Program-made: the position numbers and the translations under genes
Shown here: positions 27,010 through 39,566 of the stretch, in pieces
Position numbering within the stretch: the first letter of the stretch is position 1
How the letters are laid out: the number at the start of each line of letters is the position of its first letter
Notes under the pieces: model-generated
Databases searched by the model: none
What the model saw: the letters and a program-made list of their open reading frames with translations, nothing else
Told to the model about the DNA's origin: nothing
Source: Phoronis australis
Lineage: Eukaryota; Animalia; Phoronida
Reading direction: 5' to 3'
DNA: 58,753 nt
Assembly (NCBI GenBank): GCA_002633005.1
Contig: NMRA01000203.1
Location: forward strand, 157,579-216,331

Positions 27010-29071
27010 AATTTCCGCCACCCAAAAAACAACATACCGTATTTTGCATCAATTTAGATCGAGTAATTACACTCGATAACAGCAAGTTCAGTTCTTTCAC
27101 CTGACGGCAGATGGAGTTGTTGAAATTAACCAATGACGCCACAGGTTCGAACGCAGTCTGTTCAGCACTTCACAACACGCTTACTGGTGCCCGGTTATCG
27201 CTTGAATCCGTGGCGGATCTAGGATATCACAAGGGGGGCCCAACATTTTATCCGGCTGTAAGCATTTGCACAAACCACGATTGTAGATGCGCATAGCACC
27301 GAATGGGTGGAGGGTTTGCCCCCCTCCCGCCCAGGAAATTTTTCTGTTTTTTCCTCTAAAAATCAAGCATTTTCCTTGATTTCTCGTATTATCCAAGAAA
27401 AAAGGCAAAAAAGAAACACACAGGAAAAACTGCGAGTTCGACGGACTCGAACTCACGACCTGGCTGATAGGACGCGCGTGCTTTACCACTACACTACCAC
27501 GATTTAACTAATAAACTTAAACTACTTGTTTATGGTCCACAGTGTTTGCGCGCGAAACCTACTTCTTTTTGTAATACTTATTACACGTTTTATGTTTGTG
27601 CAATCGGTTCTTAACAAATTTGTTGTATTTAAAATAGTCTTCAAATGCCCAAAAGACCAAATCCGTTTTTCGTGATTGGCAATAATGCCCCCCCCCCCCT
27701 AAATCCGCCTTTGTGAATTCATCCTTTTACACCAATATATCATCAAAATTCGATGTAAAATCCTTACAAACACATCGAGTTCTTTAACAAACGTGTTGTT
27801 TTATTTCACTGTTAGGGATTTATAGGTATTTGAACGTACGGTAGCCCACAAAGTTCGGTAGACTAATTTACCAAAGTCGGTCGCGGGCGTTTGGTGTCTG
27901 TTCGGTGATAAATTCGAACCATTATTCCGTGAAATACATACAGGAGAACATAACTGTGTATTGTCGTTTTAGACTTGCGATTTTTTTAGTTTTAAACACA
28001 CAAAACGCTTGTTATCCGGGTCAGTGGCACGGCCGGACTGATCGAGACATCACGAACATAAATCAGCCAAAGTTGGAAACTAAACTTTCACGCAGTCACG
28101 AAAAGACTATACGACTGAGCCAAAGAAATAATGTGCACGTGATTATTTTGGTGAATTAGCCGCGAAACTGCGAATCTACTTACTCGTTGGTAGCCACGAA
28201 GTCAGGTTCCCTTTCCAAAGAACCGTCAGGGCAAAAGTTGTACAGTAACAATGATTCGAATAACGTATGATGTATATCTACATAAAGATTCACCCTAACG
28301 TGTGACCATAGCATATAAAATAGTTATAGTTTCACAACAGCTTTCTGTCAGCAAACACTGAATTAGCATGCGCTCACACGGCCTCGGTGCCCGGTCAATT
28401 ACCTTTATTGCATCTAAAGCCGGAAACGCAGTGGTTTATTCATTGCTGGCTTCTCAAAACATTTCCACTCACGAATACTCCAAACGCATTGCAAATTGTA
28501 TCTAATGAGACGGACTTTGTTTCAATTTTATATAAACATTGGTTACGGGTGAGAATAATTCATTTTGATCGACACAACACACAATAATTAACGTCAACAT
28601 GGCAACTTGCAATCCCGACTTAGAAGAGTGCTCACCAGTCTCTTTTTCTACCCTGGCATGAGCTGTTTGGTACGCCGGCATTCGCCATTGAAAACACTGT
28701 CGACGACTACCGGTCACAGACACGGAGATATGTTTCACGGCCCCATACTTGGTATTAACCGTAACGGCGTACTTTTCATTCGTCACTGCCGCGAGCCACT
28801 TCCGACGCATTTCGGGCTCTCGAGGAAAAAGAAAAAGGCGACTTACCCCTTTCCTTGCAGCTTCATAGTTCGCACAAGCGGGAACGATACACCACACTAT
28901 AGCGGCACTCACGCTGCAGAAGAACCACTGACGTCGCTGCGTCGTTTACTCACCTTCCTCACAGGTGAACGCGACACCTCTCGGCGAGGTAAGATCGACT
29001 GTTTACGAGGTGATGTGGATATAGGCCGATTAAGACCGTAAAAAGACTAATTAAATCGGGCGAGATTTCCT
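27010..29071 (-). mobile_element. THAP-domain Kolobok-like DNA transposon remnant, copy 1
   Basis: Colinear with 34529-36070; ORF 28502-28912 has CIVPAC...FPREP...KW THAP N-half then frameshift; right end ...gatttcct|ttat; left end degraded. Confidence 0.7.
27208..27713. mobile_element. MITE family A copy nested in THAP element copy 1
   Basis: CCGTGGCGGATCTAG...TAAATCCGCCTTTG flanked by TGAAT (27203-27207, 27714-27718); paralog near 34720 shows the empty site atcgcttgaattcatc. Confidence 0.8.
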
Positions 29072-29478
29072 TTATAAGTTCAGTAGCTGTGTTTTCGTTT
29101 AGACTGTTTACCTTCATTCAAACCAAACACTCACAAACCGTGTATAAATTCTGTTGTGCAGGCTGTGTTGCCTGTTACGTCAGCAAAATGCATGACATCT
29201 GAATACACGTATATGTTTAACAGAGGTTCTAACATCTACAAGTTAACATCTGCATGATCATCTAGAATGCATGTCAAAATACTCAGTGTCCAATTAAGGT
29301 CAAGATCAGTTTGAATCTAGTAATAAGTGTCTTAAATCACAAGCTATTTTTGACGAAAATGGGTTTCTAACAATTAATTTTAATTGCATTATGTGCGCCT
29401 TTTTAATTACTAGGAAAGTAAGTGATCGATCAACGCCAACGTACAGTAATGTACGAATTGAAAGCTGTAGTGTTCAGT

Positions 29479-29730
29479 TCAAAGTGCCTTTACGACAACC
29501 AACTCATCATAGCCCGTTTCACTGTCCAGTTCACTGCTGAAGGTAACCCCGCCTGAGCAGTTTCCCAGCATTACTTCGGCTGTTGTGAAAACGATCAAGT
29601 CACCCATCACGTGACCTCCTAAGAGCTTTCCATCCTTATCACTCAGTGATATGTGCAGATGACCTTCTCCTTCTCTCAGGGTTCCAACCAGTGAGACAAT
29701 TTCAAAATGCTCGTAGAAAGTTTTGATTAT
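29479..29730 (-). CDS. PPC/DUF296 domain protein, coding exon 2 (IIKTFYEHFEIVSLVGTL...VKAL*)
   Basis: tgtttcag acceptor; FEIVSLVGT, HLHISLSD, GGH, FTTAEV, DxETGYxEL motifs typical of DUF296; spliced protein 144 aa. Confidence 0.9.
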   Translation of the reverse strand: MIKTFYEHFEIVSLVGTLREGEGHLHISLSDKDGKLLGGHVMGDLIVFTTAEVMLGNCSGGVTFSSELDSETGYDELVVVKAL

Positions 29731-30468
29731 CTGAAACACACCAAGACATTGAAAGACCACGTGGCACCGGAAAGCAAAAACTGTAGGCGTAAGCCTACAT
29801 GCTCGAGCAAAAGACTGAACTCTCAAGCAAAATAGAAATTGAGCTCCGCCGTTGACGGACGTATGTTGTGGACTTGCTTGTGCTTCAACTTAGTTGGGGT
29901 CAAATATGATTGTCCGACCAAAGACATTTCTCCGAACTCAGTCGTTTGATACCAACGCGTGCCACATCATGTGCTATAACACGTGCTGCATGCACCAAAT
30001 GTCGACTCACATATTCCGTACCTAGCCTATATAACTTTTAATTGCCACATATAATTAACATTATGCCAAATGTACCAGAAACGGGGTGAGGTTGACAACT
30101 TGACACTCGAGCACTGCATGATACGTTAGTGTTACACGGAATCCCCGGGCCGTCACGCCTGACGAGGTGTCACAGCGTGATGATATGAGTGTTTCACCAA
30201 AGACACGGATCAATGACACTTTTATTTTCGGCACGAACAAGCCAGGTCGAGTATGGCAAAAGTGATCCGAGGGCAGACTGCCTGTTGGCCGCCTGCTTGC
30301 CGCAGTGACAGTGATGTCTAGATGACGCTTCAAAAGCTAGACGTTTCATACAGACATGCACCAACAGTGCCTGGTCCCGGCTTTCACAAGCACAATGAGA
30401 AAGAGTGTTGCCCCAGTCTGCTATGACATAACTGGGCTGGAATCTCACTTGCATTACTACTGGTGTAC

Positions 30469-30651
30469 CTCGTTTTCACCTCGCTGACCTGGATAGGCGA
30501 ATCTTAATGTTGCTTTCGTTACACTGCCAACACAAGACATGACAAATGCGGCACTCAGACCGTTGTCTTTAGCATATTTCAGCAGACTTGACTTAATTTC
30601 TTCCCCAGGCTTCAAGCGTAACGGATAGCATGTTACAGGATAACCCGACAT
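30469..30651 (-). CDS. PPC/DUF296 domain protein, coding exon 1 (MSGYPVTCYPLRLKPGEEI...GENE)
   Basis: LRLxPGxE and SCVGSVxxATLR motifs of DUF296; ends at GT donor (gag|gtacac), 183 nt phase 0. ATG preceded by ttgaccag, a possible acceptor for a 5'UTR exon. Confidence 0.88.
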
Positions 30652-31561
30652 CCTGGTCAATCATAAACTACCGAGTAACCTATCTAAGCCGGCACAAGAT
30701 TACAAGCAAAGACAAATAGGTCTCTGCTGTACTGCTTGGAATCCTGCCTAATCTTACGATAGCGCATGCGTGAATATAAGAGGAAACCGTTCATTAAAAA
30801 CTCCCTTGCGGGTTCCGTGCGTGTCGCTAGGTGGTAGAGAACACGCAGGCAATGAAATAAATAGCTAGAGCCAGGGGCAGATCCAGGATTTTGAGTTAGG
30901 GGGGGCAGGGCACAGGAATAACCACAATTTCGGCAGATGTGCGCGCCCAGCCTAAAATGTAGGGATGCAGGAGTCTCGAATTTTTGGGTTTGCGGACCTT
31001 TTGTGATCGGATCACCAACCACACATTATACTCAGTTTCAGTCGCCCTAGGGCTAGGCTACACTGCAGATTTTACTCCTTGAGCACAGCGATTACTATCG
31101 AATTCAGTACGTAATTTCCCCCGGTAAAGATTTCATCTAATTGTAACCGTAAAAGGTAGACTGTTCAGCTCATACAGGGAGCAATATCGTCATCAAAATG
31201 TTCAAGAAACGAATAAATTACCTAGCTAGGGCGAACTTCTCTTCATCGAAGCAGTACTGGAAACAGCCGACTATTTGGTTCGAGTTGCCAAAAGGTCAAA
31301 CTGCACAGCATTATGGGTAACATTTGTTTGTTTTGATCACGCAGATTTTAAGAAAATAAAAAAGAAATATGTACAGGCAGTAGATCGACCTCATACTTAC
31401 GAAAAGTTCTAATTAAGTATCAGAGAGTATGTTTTAATGGTTTGTATGCAGATTCACGGTGTTTTTAAAACGGACCATGTGACTTTAAACAGCTTCAACG
31501 GGCAGGGTGAGTGTCAATAGATTCCCAGGTTTTGCATGCAACCCCGCAGGTCGTTAGCTCT

Positions 31562-32212
31562 CTATATATAGTTATTCAATAACTAGGCCTCCGGCCCTTG
31601 TTACAATCAAATCATCAAATACAATAAAGGTAAGTGTCAAACACTAGAAGTAAACCGAATTCTTCTTCGCTTGAATGCAAAATGAACATGTTGACCATAT
31701 CAGATCTTTTCCTCCATAGTCATGAGTCTGTTGAATTTTGTAACATTGGGGTTGTTGTAGCTCCATACAGGCAAATATCGTTTCCTTAGGTCATCGTAGA
31801 ATGGGCATTCGATAACAAAATGATATTCTGACTCGACATATGTCCTAACACAGAGAGGGCATAACCTTTCTGTTCTGCTAAGTTTCAAGTGTCTACCCTT
31901 TTCAATCATTAGTGCATGCGCTGAACATCTCAATCTTACCATATCAGATCTAACATTTACATTGTCAATTACATCTAAATAGTTTTCAAAACATATATTT
32001 AACTTAAAAGTTCTGTAAGTTTCCAGCTTAATCGAATTGTTCAAAATATCTTGCCATTTTTGCTGATCAATATCTTTGCATCTTTGTTTAAAAAGTGATA
32101 TGAAGCTTGTCTCGGAACCTACACCCTGATTATACCATGCCTCTCCAAAACCAAACTGAAATAGCAATTTTTTATCATCATTAGCTCTATATGTTGATTT
32201 TATAAGTTTCAC
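31562..32212 (-). mobile_element. 5'-truncated RTEX-like non-LTR retrotransposon 3' end
   Basis: ORF 31700-32212: GFGEAW, RLRCSAHxLxIEKGR, CPLC...ESEYHFVIEC zinc knuckle; short 3'UTR with ggccggaggcc and (TA) tail. Confidence 0.75.
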
Positions 32213-34528
32213 GACGAGGTGACTAGCAAACTACACGGACTGTGTGAAAAAGCCATTCACAAGGCGTGGGCCGAAACTGTTAAGCACCCAGCGTGTTCCA
32301 TTTGTCTGCTGCGTTTTTCCTTTGGCCTAACAGGTGTCGGTTAGTGCCTGTGACAAATAGATACATTGCATAAACAATCCCTGGGTTGCTTTTTGTTCCG
32401 TCTGAAGAAAATTTAATTTCGAAAATATCTTCTGAAAATGAACAAAAAAGTACATTAGTAAAATCTACAAGTTTTTAAGTGGTCTCAAAAAAAAAAAGTC
32501 GGTAAATGCATTAATTTTAGTGTCAGTTCTTCCATGCGTGTTTCTCTCGAGAGGTTAGTACCTAACGTGTAGACGAGCACTCCAAATTGGAACGCTAAGT
32601 CCCGCGTGGCGACGCTGCACGCGAAAGAAGACAGCGGACGACCTTTGGAGCCTGACGACGATAGGTATCCGGACTATATATGTAACATTACTGCTCCGAA
32701 ATCGAATTAACATTATATCTAGTAATAGGTAAACATTGCGCAAAGTAATTATTGCTCAGAAATCGAATTAACGTTATATTGCGCAACTGAATTATTATAA
32801 AAACAATACAAATAGTAATGATACATACATAAATATGTACAAGCACGCACACTCTTCGCAACACGAGTAGTTTTTCGTAAGTTAGTTTTACATAAATGCA
32901 TCAGTTAGTAAATGTATCATATTTAATTGCACTGACACTTAGAAGCCACTTGTCATTTTTGCTCCTGTAGACTTAACGCTCTCTAAGATTTGAGCTGAAA
33001 AGATACCAGAGGTAGGCCTTGGGGAACAATAATTTATCATCAACTTATTTTGAGCGATGTAATTAGATTTTCCCACAAAACATTTGCCACAGGTTATTTT
33101 ACAAATTTATAATAGTTATTCGCACTTGTTTATAGTCATGCCTTGCGTCTCAACTGAAATCACGACCACCAGTATTCGAGCTCCCTCACTCTCACATAAT
33201 CTCGCTCTGACTCATGTCCAGAGATATTTTCCGCTAAGTTGGCAGTCTGTGTCTCTGTGTCTACGGTAACTTTACTATAAGCACAGACGCAAGAATTGCA
33301 GCTCACTGTGTCGACGCATAAGTCTCTAGTGATAGGCACTTTTCCGTCCTTGCATCCTGCGGACAAATTTATCGACCGACTAGAAGCATAGTGGAAGAAC
33401 GCCGTCGTGTCCTTTGGGCACTAATGGAGGCGTCGGTGCAGTAACGGTAAGCTTTTGGAGTGCATCTGCAACGGGATCTATTGTTCAAACTATTAACAAT
33501 TACTGGTCATTATTTTCTTCTAAATACATTCATCAAGTTTAGATGTTGTCACTGATCGTGCAGGACGCGCCGACTTCATCGATAATCCCACCTGAACCCG
33601 TGAGCAGTTTGATATTGAGTGCATCAGATAAAATGCTAGAATTAGCAAAGTTACCTCTCCATTACTTTTAATAGCACTAAACCACCCTAACACATTTGGG
33701 CCGCCTATTTTCATTTGCAGGGCTCCGTATTTCAAATTCTGTAGATGGTTATAATCGATTCGTTTCTGGTTTGATACGGTAATTAGTTTACTCCATAGGC
33801 TAAAGTTATGATTTTCTTAGTTATAATGGTAGCAAGGCAGCTTTGACAATGAAGCAATAACGAATCACATGCATTTAACCTATAGATAATGATAGGGCAT
33901 ATCGTAAATTTGTAGGGGGGTTATATAATTGCGTTACTTTTAAATTTGTATTTTCAAATCTCAAAACTGACATATTGAGATACGTAGGGTAAGTTATGTG
34001 GAAACCCAGTTTTAAAATAGGCCTAATGTATATTAGCTTTTCCTCTTTTATTCCATTTCTTCCCAATGTTGTCAGTCCCAACATGTATTAAAAACTTTAT
34101 TTATTTTGGAAACTTGTAAGGTTAAATTTATTGATGTGTCAGTTGCAGTGTGGAATTAATTGTTTGATGTAAAATTTATCCCCATTCTATACTATGGGAC
34201 AAAAAATTTGGAATTTCATGCTGCTGCAGGCGACAATGAGGGGGTTCACAACAAGTATTGATTCCGACTGATAACCTTAAGTTAGACAGTTAGCGATTGT
34301 TTAACCGAATCTTGTATGTTAGTACCTACTTAAAAATACAGAACACGTTTTACACGCTGTATATGTTCTAACCATCACCTGATGATTGGGATAGGACGTT
34401 TCCTTGATATAGCTTGTGAAGAAAGATTAGGCAAATGCTGCGACACGGATAAAATTGGAGGTAAATGTCTTTGTTTGCTAGCGTACCGGCTGTACGTTGA
34501 TCTGATGCACATGTAATGTTAGATTTAA

Positions 34529-36070
34529 AGGAGAATGCTACCCAAACATCAACCTATTTTGTATCAATTTAGATCGAGTAGCTCCACTCGATAACACAAG
34601 TTCAGTTGTTTTACATGATACCTGAGAGCAGACGAAGGTGTTGAAATTAACCAATGACGTAATCGGTTCGAACGCAGTCTGTTCAGCCGTTCACAACAAG
34701 CTTACTAGTGTCAACTTATCGCTTGAATTCATCGTTTTATACCAATAAATAAAAAAATTCAATGTAAAATCCTTGAAAATGAATCGAGTTCTTGAACAAA
34801 CGTGTTTTTTTTATTTCACTGTTACGGATTTATAGGTATTTGAACGTACCGTAGCCTACAGATTTCGGCAAGCCAATTTGCATTGGTCGATAGCGGGAGT
34901 TTGGAGTCTGTTTGGTGATAAATTCGAATCATTCTTCCGTAAAATACAGACAGGAGAACATAGCTGTGTGTTGTACTTTTAGTCTTGCGATTTTTTAAGT
35001 TCTAAACACTCGGAACGCTTATCACAGCCAGTGGCTCGGAACCCGATCAGGCCCGTCGCAGCCGCTAGAACTCAGTGGACATCACCATAGACTATGACAT
35101 CACGAACACTAAACCAGCGTTCCCCATCCGAACCGTCAGGGCAAAACTTATAGAGTAACAATGATTTGAATAATGTATTTGTATACCTAAATATAGATTC
35201 CCCTAACATGTGACCATAGCATCTAAACTCGAGTTATTATTTCACAACAGCTTTCTGTCAGCAAACACTGAATTAGCATGCGCTCACACGGCCTAGGTGC
35301 CCGGTCAATTACCTTTATTGCATCAAAAGCCGGTAACGCAGTGCTTTATTCATTGCTGGCTTCTCAAAACATTTGCACTCACGAATACTCCAAACGCATT
35401 ACAAATTGTATCTAATGAGACAGATTTTGTTTCAGTTTTATATAAGCATTGGTTAGGGTGAGAATAATGCATTTTGAAACAGAACACAGAATAATAAACG
35501 TTAACATGGCAACTCGCAATCCCCGGACTTAGACAAGAGCTCATCCGACGAAGACTTCACAGGTGGGTCGTTAGGTTTCACAGGCTAACAGTTCGAACCG
35601 GAATACACTGATCAAGCAATACTAAAGAGGCGCCGTGAACATGCACAGGCAACGGAACGTATGGTTAATTCTTTGGTAAGCCGGCATTCGTCAGAGAAAT
35701 CACTGTCGACGAAATGCCGGCCACAGACGCGGAGATGTTTCACGACCTCATACTTGCTATCAACAGCGTACTTTTCATTCTTCATTACCGTGAGCCACTT
35801 CCTAGGCAATTCGGGCTCTCGAGGAAGTCGAAAAAATGATATAACCGCTTTCCTCGCAGCTTCATAGTTCGGACAAGCGGGAACGATGGACCGCAACATA
35901 GCGGCATTCACTCCGCAGATGAGCCTCTGACGTCGCTGCATCGTTTCTCACCTTCGTCACAGGTTAACGTGACACCTCTCGGCAAGATAAGTTCGACCTT
36001 ATGCAAGACGATGTGGATATAGACCGATTAAGACGGTACAAAGACTAATTAAATCGGGTGGTATTACCCT
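34529..36070 (-). mobile_element. THAP-domain Kolobok-like DNA transposon (non-autonomous), copy 2
   Basis: TTAA on both sides (34525-34528, 36071-36074); TIR AGGAGAATGCTACCC vs AGGGTAATACCACCC (11/15); ORF 35612-35941 has PAC...LP...W...VCGRHF THAP motif with first Cys replaced by Ser; no DDE domain seen. Confidence 0.75.
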
Positions 36071-36113
36071 TTAATAATGTTTCGTGCTGTTTGTCTTCGA
36101 AATGCTACAGATG

Positions 36114-36373
36114 CATGCGTGCATCCAGGCGGGGGGGGGGGGGCCNGGGGCTCGAACGAGCCCCCCATTAAGCGAAGTGAATAAAAAGGTGCGCCTCAGA
36201 GAAACAAAAAGTCCGAGAAAACCAGACAAAAGTCCACCAAAAAGGCGCAGACGCACAGTTCACAGACCTTAAGGTGGTACCCTATTTTTTTAGTCCTCCC
36301 GCTTTTTTGTTAGCAAAAGGTCCACTTTGTGAGAGGTTCGAGCTCCCCATATTAAAGGCTGGGTGCGCGCATG
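36114..36373. mobile_element. MITE family B copy
   Basis: CATGCGTGCATCCAG...CTGGGTGCGCGCATG; flanks AGATG/AAATG (4/5); contains N at 36146. Confidence 0.7.
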
Positions 36374-36982
36374 AAATGTTTTCACAAAGATCATAAAATC
36401 AGGAGTCAAGTGTATATTACGTAACATTGTAAAATTCTTTGTCAGTGCTGAAAATCGGACGAATTTGGCATTTACTGAATGAACTTTTCGCAAGTGTTTG
36501 AGATTACTGCCGGTTACCTGTGTTATTCGTCGATGTGTAAGTATTTTGCTAGATTCTTACATATACAAACAAACTAAAGATTTAACCTAGAACTGAGATT
36601 GCCCAATCTTACGGTAACTTACAATAAGCCATTTTTTCCAAATGCTACATATTAACGCTGCTAATATTAGCGTACCTTTATTTTAAATTTTTAAAAGTTT
36701 GATCGCACGTGTGTGCAGCAGATTTCCGATTGAGCAAATCTCAAACTTAAAACTTTTGTATTAAATTTTGTAACCCGGTTGTATTCTCAAGTTGAATGTC
36801 GAATGAATTTTACTGGTTTTCGTCGGATTTTTTTGTGACCGTTTTAAGCACATTTTTGGTGTATACTGAAATTATCATGCCCGTCATGTCCACTAGTATT
36901 ATTATTGGGTAATTTCTACGTTACCTGCCATAAATTCAAGTACTACCAGCTTGCGTGTTAAATCCCTCCGAGTCTAGAAAAT

Positions 36983-37981
36983 TCATTTGCTCGTTTTCAC
37001 CGAAGGACAGGACGACCTTCTTCCAATGACACTTTGTAGGGTCACAAATGAGTGGTGGAGTGGTCTAGAGGTATTAACAGGGCAGTGACAGGTAAAATGA
37101 ATTTCGTTTTCAATTTGACCAGTGTTGCACACTGCACAATTTCTCTTATCCTCGGTTGGATTTGCGTGCCGCCCTGTTTGAATGTAAAGCTTGTGCATTA
37201 AGCACCTAAAACGAGCAAGTATTTTCCTTAGGTGGGGATCTAAGGCGTACAGGTATTTTTCATACTGTAGGTGCGTTTTGGTTGTACCATAGAATTGATA
37301 TTTAGTCGAATTATTAAATACAGAGTGCCAATTTTGTATGTCACAATCAATTAAGCTCAAAATTCTGAAAGTAATAAATCTGTCACATAGTCTGTACAAC
37401 CTTACCTCTCCAAACCCGTAGGTGTACAGTAGCATTTTTACAGAATATGCCCAGTTGTGCCTGTCGCCGTCCAGACATTGTTGCCGTCCACACATTGTTG
37501 CCGTAAGATGTTGTAACATTGAACTGGATATCTATGAAGCAGCCTTGTACAGTAAACATTATAGTAAGTATACAAGATTTATGTACCACACTCGCCATTA
37601 ATGACATTTGTTGTCATTTTGTTTAAGAAATCGTTATGAGCACTTTCTATAAAATTGACAATTGAGACACCCCAAATTTCCGAACCTTAAAATTAGTAGA
37701 ATTATACTATCAAACAGCTTAAAAAGGACTGACGGCGAAGAGCAATGTAATTTAGACAAACAAGCCTTTATCGAATTTAATGCTTTGACTCCAAATGAGC
37801 GAAACCCAACCCATTCAGTGAGCCTGTTGTTCAGAATGGATGTAAATACTTTACTTGTACTGTCAAGTCAAGGTATTACTCTGTAGTTGCTTGGGTTAAT
37901 CTTGTCTTCGTTTTTGTGTAGCGGCATCATAATACCCGTGGACCAAGCTTCAGGTAAAGTTCCAGTGTTGACAATTCTATT
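36983..37981 (-). mobile_element. RTEX-like LINE ORF2 remnant, 3' part
   Basis: PEAWSTGIMMPLHK...NPSNYR, KACLSKLH, GFGEV, RFRC..HKLxIQTGR, CAVC...ENEIHFxCHC; many deletions/frameshifts. Confidence 0.75.
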
Positions 37982-39566
37982 TATCGTAATCTATTTTGGC
38001 CGAGGTATGTGACAAGCTGTGTTGCAGAGTAAACCATGACGAGGATTGTTGAATACTGTCTTTTATAATGACGTAAGTAGGAAGAAATAAAGAATACCAC
38101 AAGACGTCTTGTTTGTAATGTCGACGACAGCGATGTTGTAACATTGGAAGAGAATCTTGTGCTTGCCGAGGTTTGAGTTCTACAACTCCAACGCAATGGC
38201 GATAGGTAGGAGTTCCTTGAACGTGATGGTGCTGGAGGTGAGCTTGCCAAAGACTGGCAAACTATAGGAAGCTCCCAACGTTGCCGCGGATCCGCCATTG
38301 GTGCCTGCAGCGTCGGAGTACAGTTTAAAAGCATCGGAAGATGTCCTTTCGTCGAGCAGGAACAGGGTTTTCGCGTTGCGGACCAAGCACGATGAGTGAA
38401 TAAGCGAAGTTGAGTAGGTGGATGAGAGATTGGAGATCACGTAAAGTGACCTTCGGCGCTTCTGGAAGTCGCTCAAGAGGTCCGTAACCGTGTCCACCTT
38501 GTCCTGTGGGAGGGAAGCGGTCATGGTCGCTAAGTCGAGATGGGAGCCATAAATGGTGATTGAGGTGGTTGGTTGAACTGTCCTGTCGTGGTTGAAAGGG
38601 GATGCCGACGGAGTCGAGTCGCCGAGTGATATGAATGTGGCGAGGTCTAAGGTAGGATAAGGGACCCACGAAAAAGAATGGAGAGGACGTTAAGAGCCCG
38701 GCGTAGCGACCAGTAGAAACCCAATCTGTATTTTCTGAAAGGTAAAATTGGGGTTAAGTAGAGACAACGGATGGTTGGTGGGGGTAGGAGGGTGCAAGTC
38801 CTATGAGATACCAAGCCTGAAACTGAAAGAGAAACCATTTATTAATTCAGTAGCCAAGTGGGTGTCGTAACCTGTAAGAAGATGTTTAAGTGTTTTTACT
38901 TTTACGGGTGTTGGGATACCTGGCAGCTGAGGAGGTGGGCGTTGTGGCAACTTTGGCGTTGGAGGTAATCGTGCTAAATGGTTGGCTCCGCAAAAGCCAC
39001 AACAGTGCTGCATCGGCAGAGGGGAGGATTTCAGAACTGGCCATTGAATTTCCAGCAGATACCTGTGGGGAAAGAGTGAGGGTGAGGCGACTGGACCTCG
39101 AGGCGGATGGGGTTTGGGGAAAGGACTGACAATTGATAGGGTGGCGTTGGAACTTGTCAAAGTTGAGGGAAGCTTTGCGCCAGAGGTCCCAGTGGATGTG
39201 GTCCCACTCTAAGGGGAACGATGATCTGAAATGCCCGAAATGCGTGTCATAAAACAAGGCCGCTGCCAGGCTGTAGTAAAAGTGGCAGTCATGAATAATA
39301 GAGGACTACTCGGACAGCTTGTGCGCGTCCTGAGGGAACTTTTGGACCGGGATAGACTGAAAGATATGCAAGGCCTGGGTTCACTGGAGGATGGACGAGT
39401 TCGCCCGCGGTCTTGGGGAGCTGGAAAAACGGATCTGCTCCCGTTGAATGAAATAGAGACGGGGGAGTGGAGGGCTCGCCTGAAAGGAGAGAAGAAAATT
39501 CAATTAATTCATTGATGAAGATACGTTGACGAGTTTTGGAGTCGACAGGAAACCTCAATGGCAAAG
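37982..39566 (-). mobile_element. DIRS-order (tyrosine-recombinase retrotransposon) fragment nested in the LINE
   Basis: gag-like YDxxF...WDxIxWDLW; PTPVKV...LLTGY...LINGF..FRLG pre-RT motif; LPQDK...TLRDLQSLI..LNFA; RNase H LYSDAA and ITFKELLPI; flanked by TTCTATT duplicates. Confidence 0.7.

Noticed and set aside
27430-27502. Functional tRNA gene
   Set aside because: Acceptor stem does not pair convincingly and it lies within a MITE; treated as tRNA-derived sequence.
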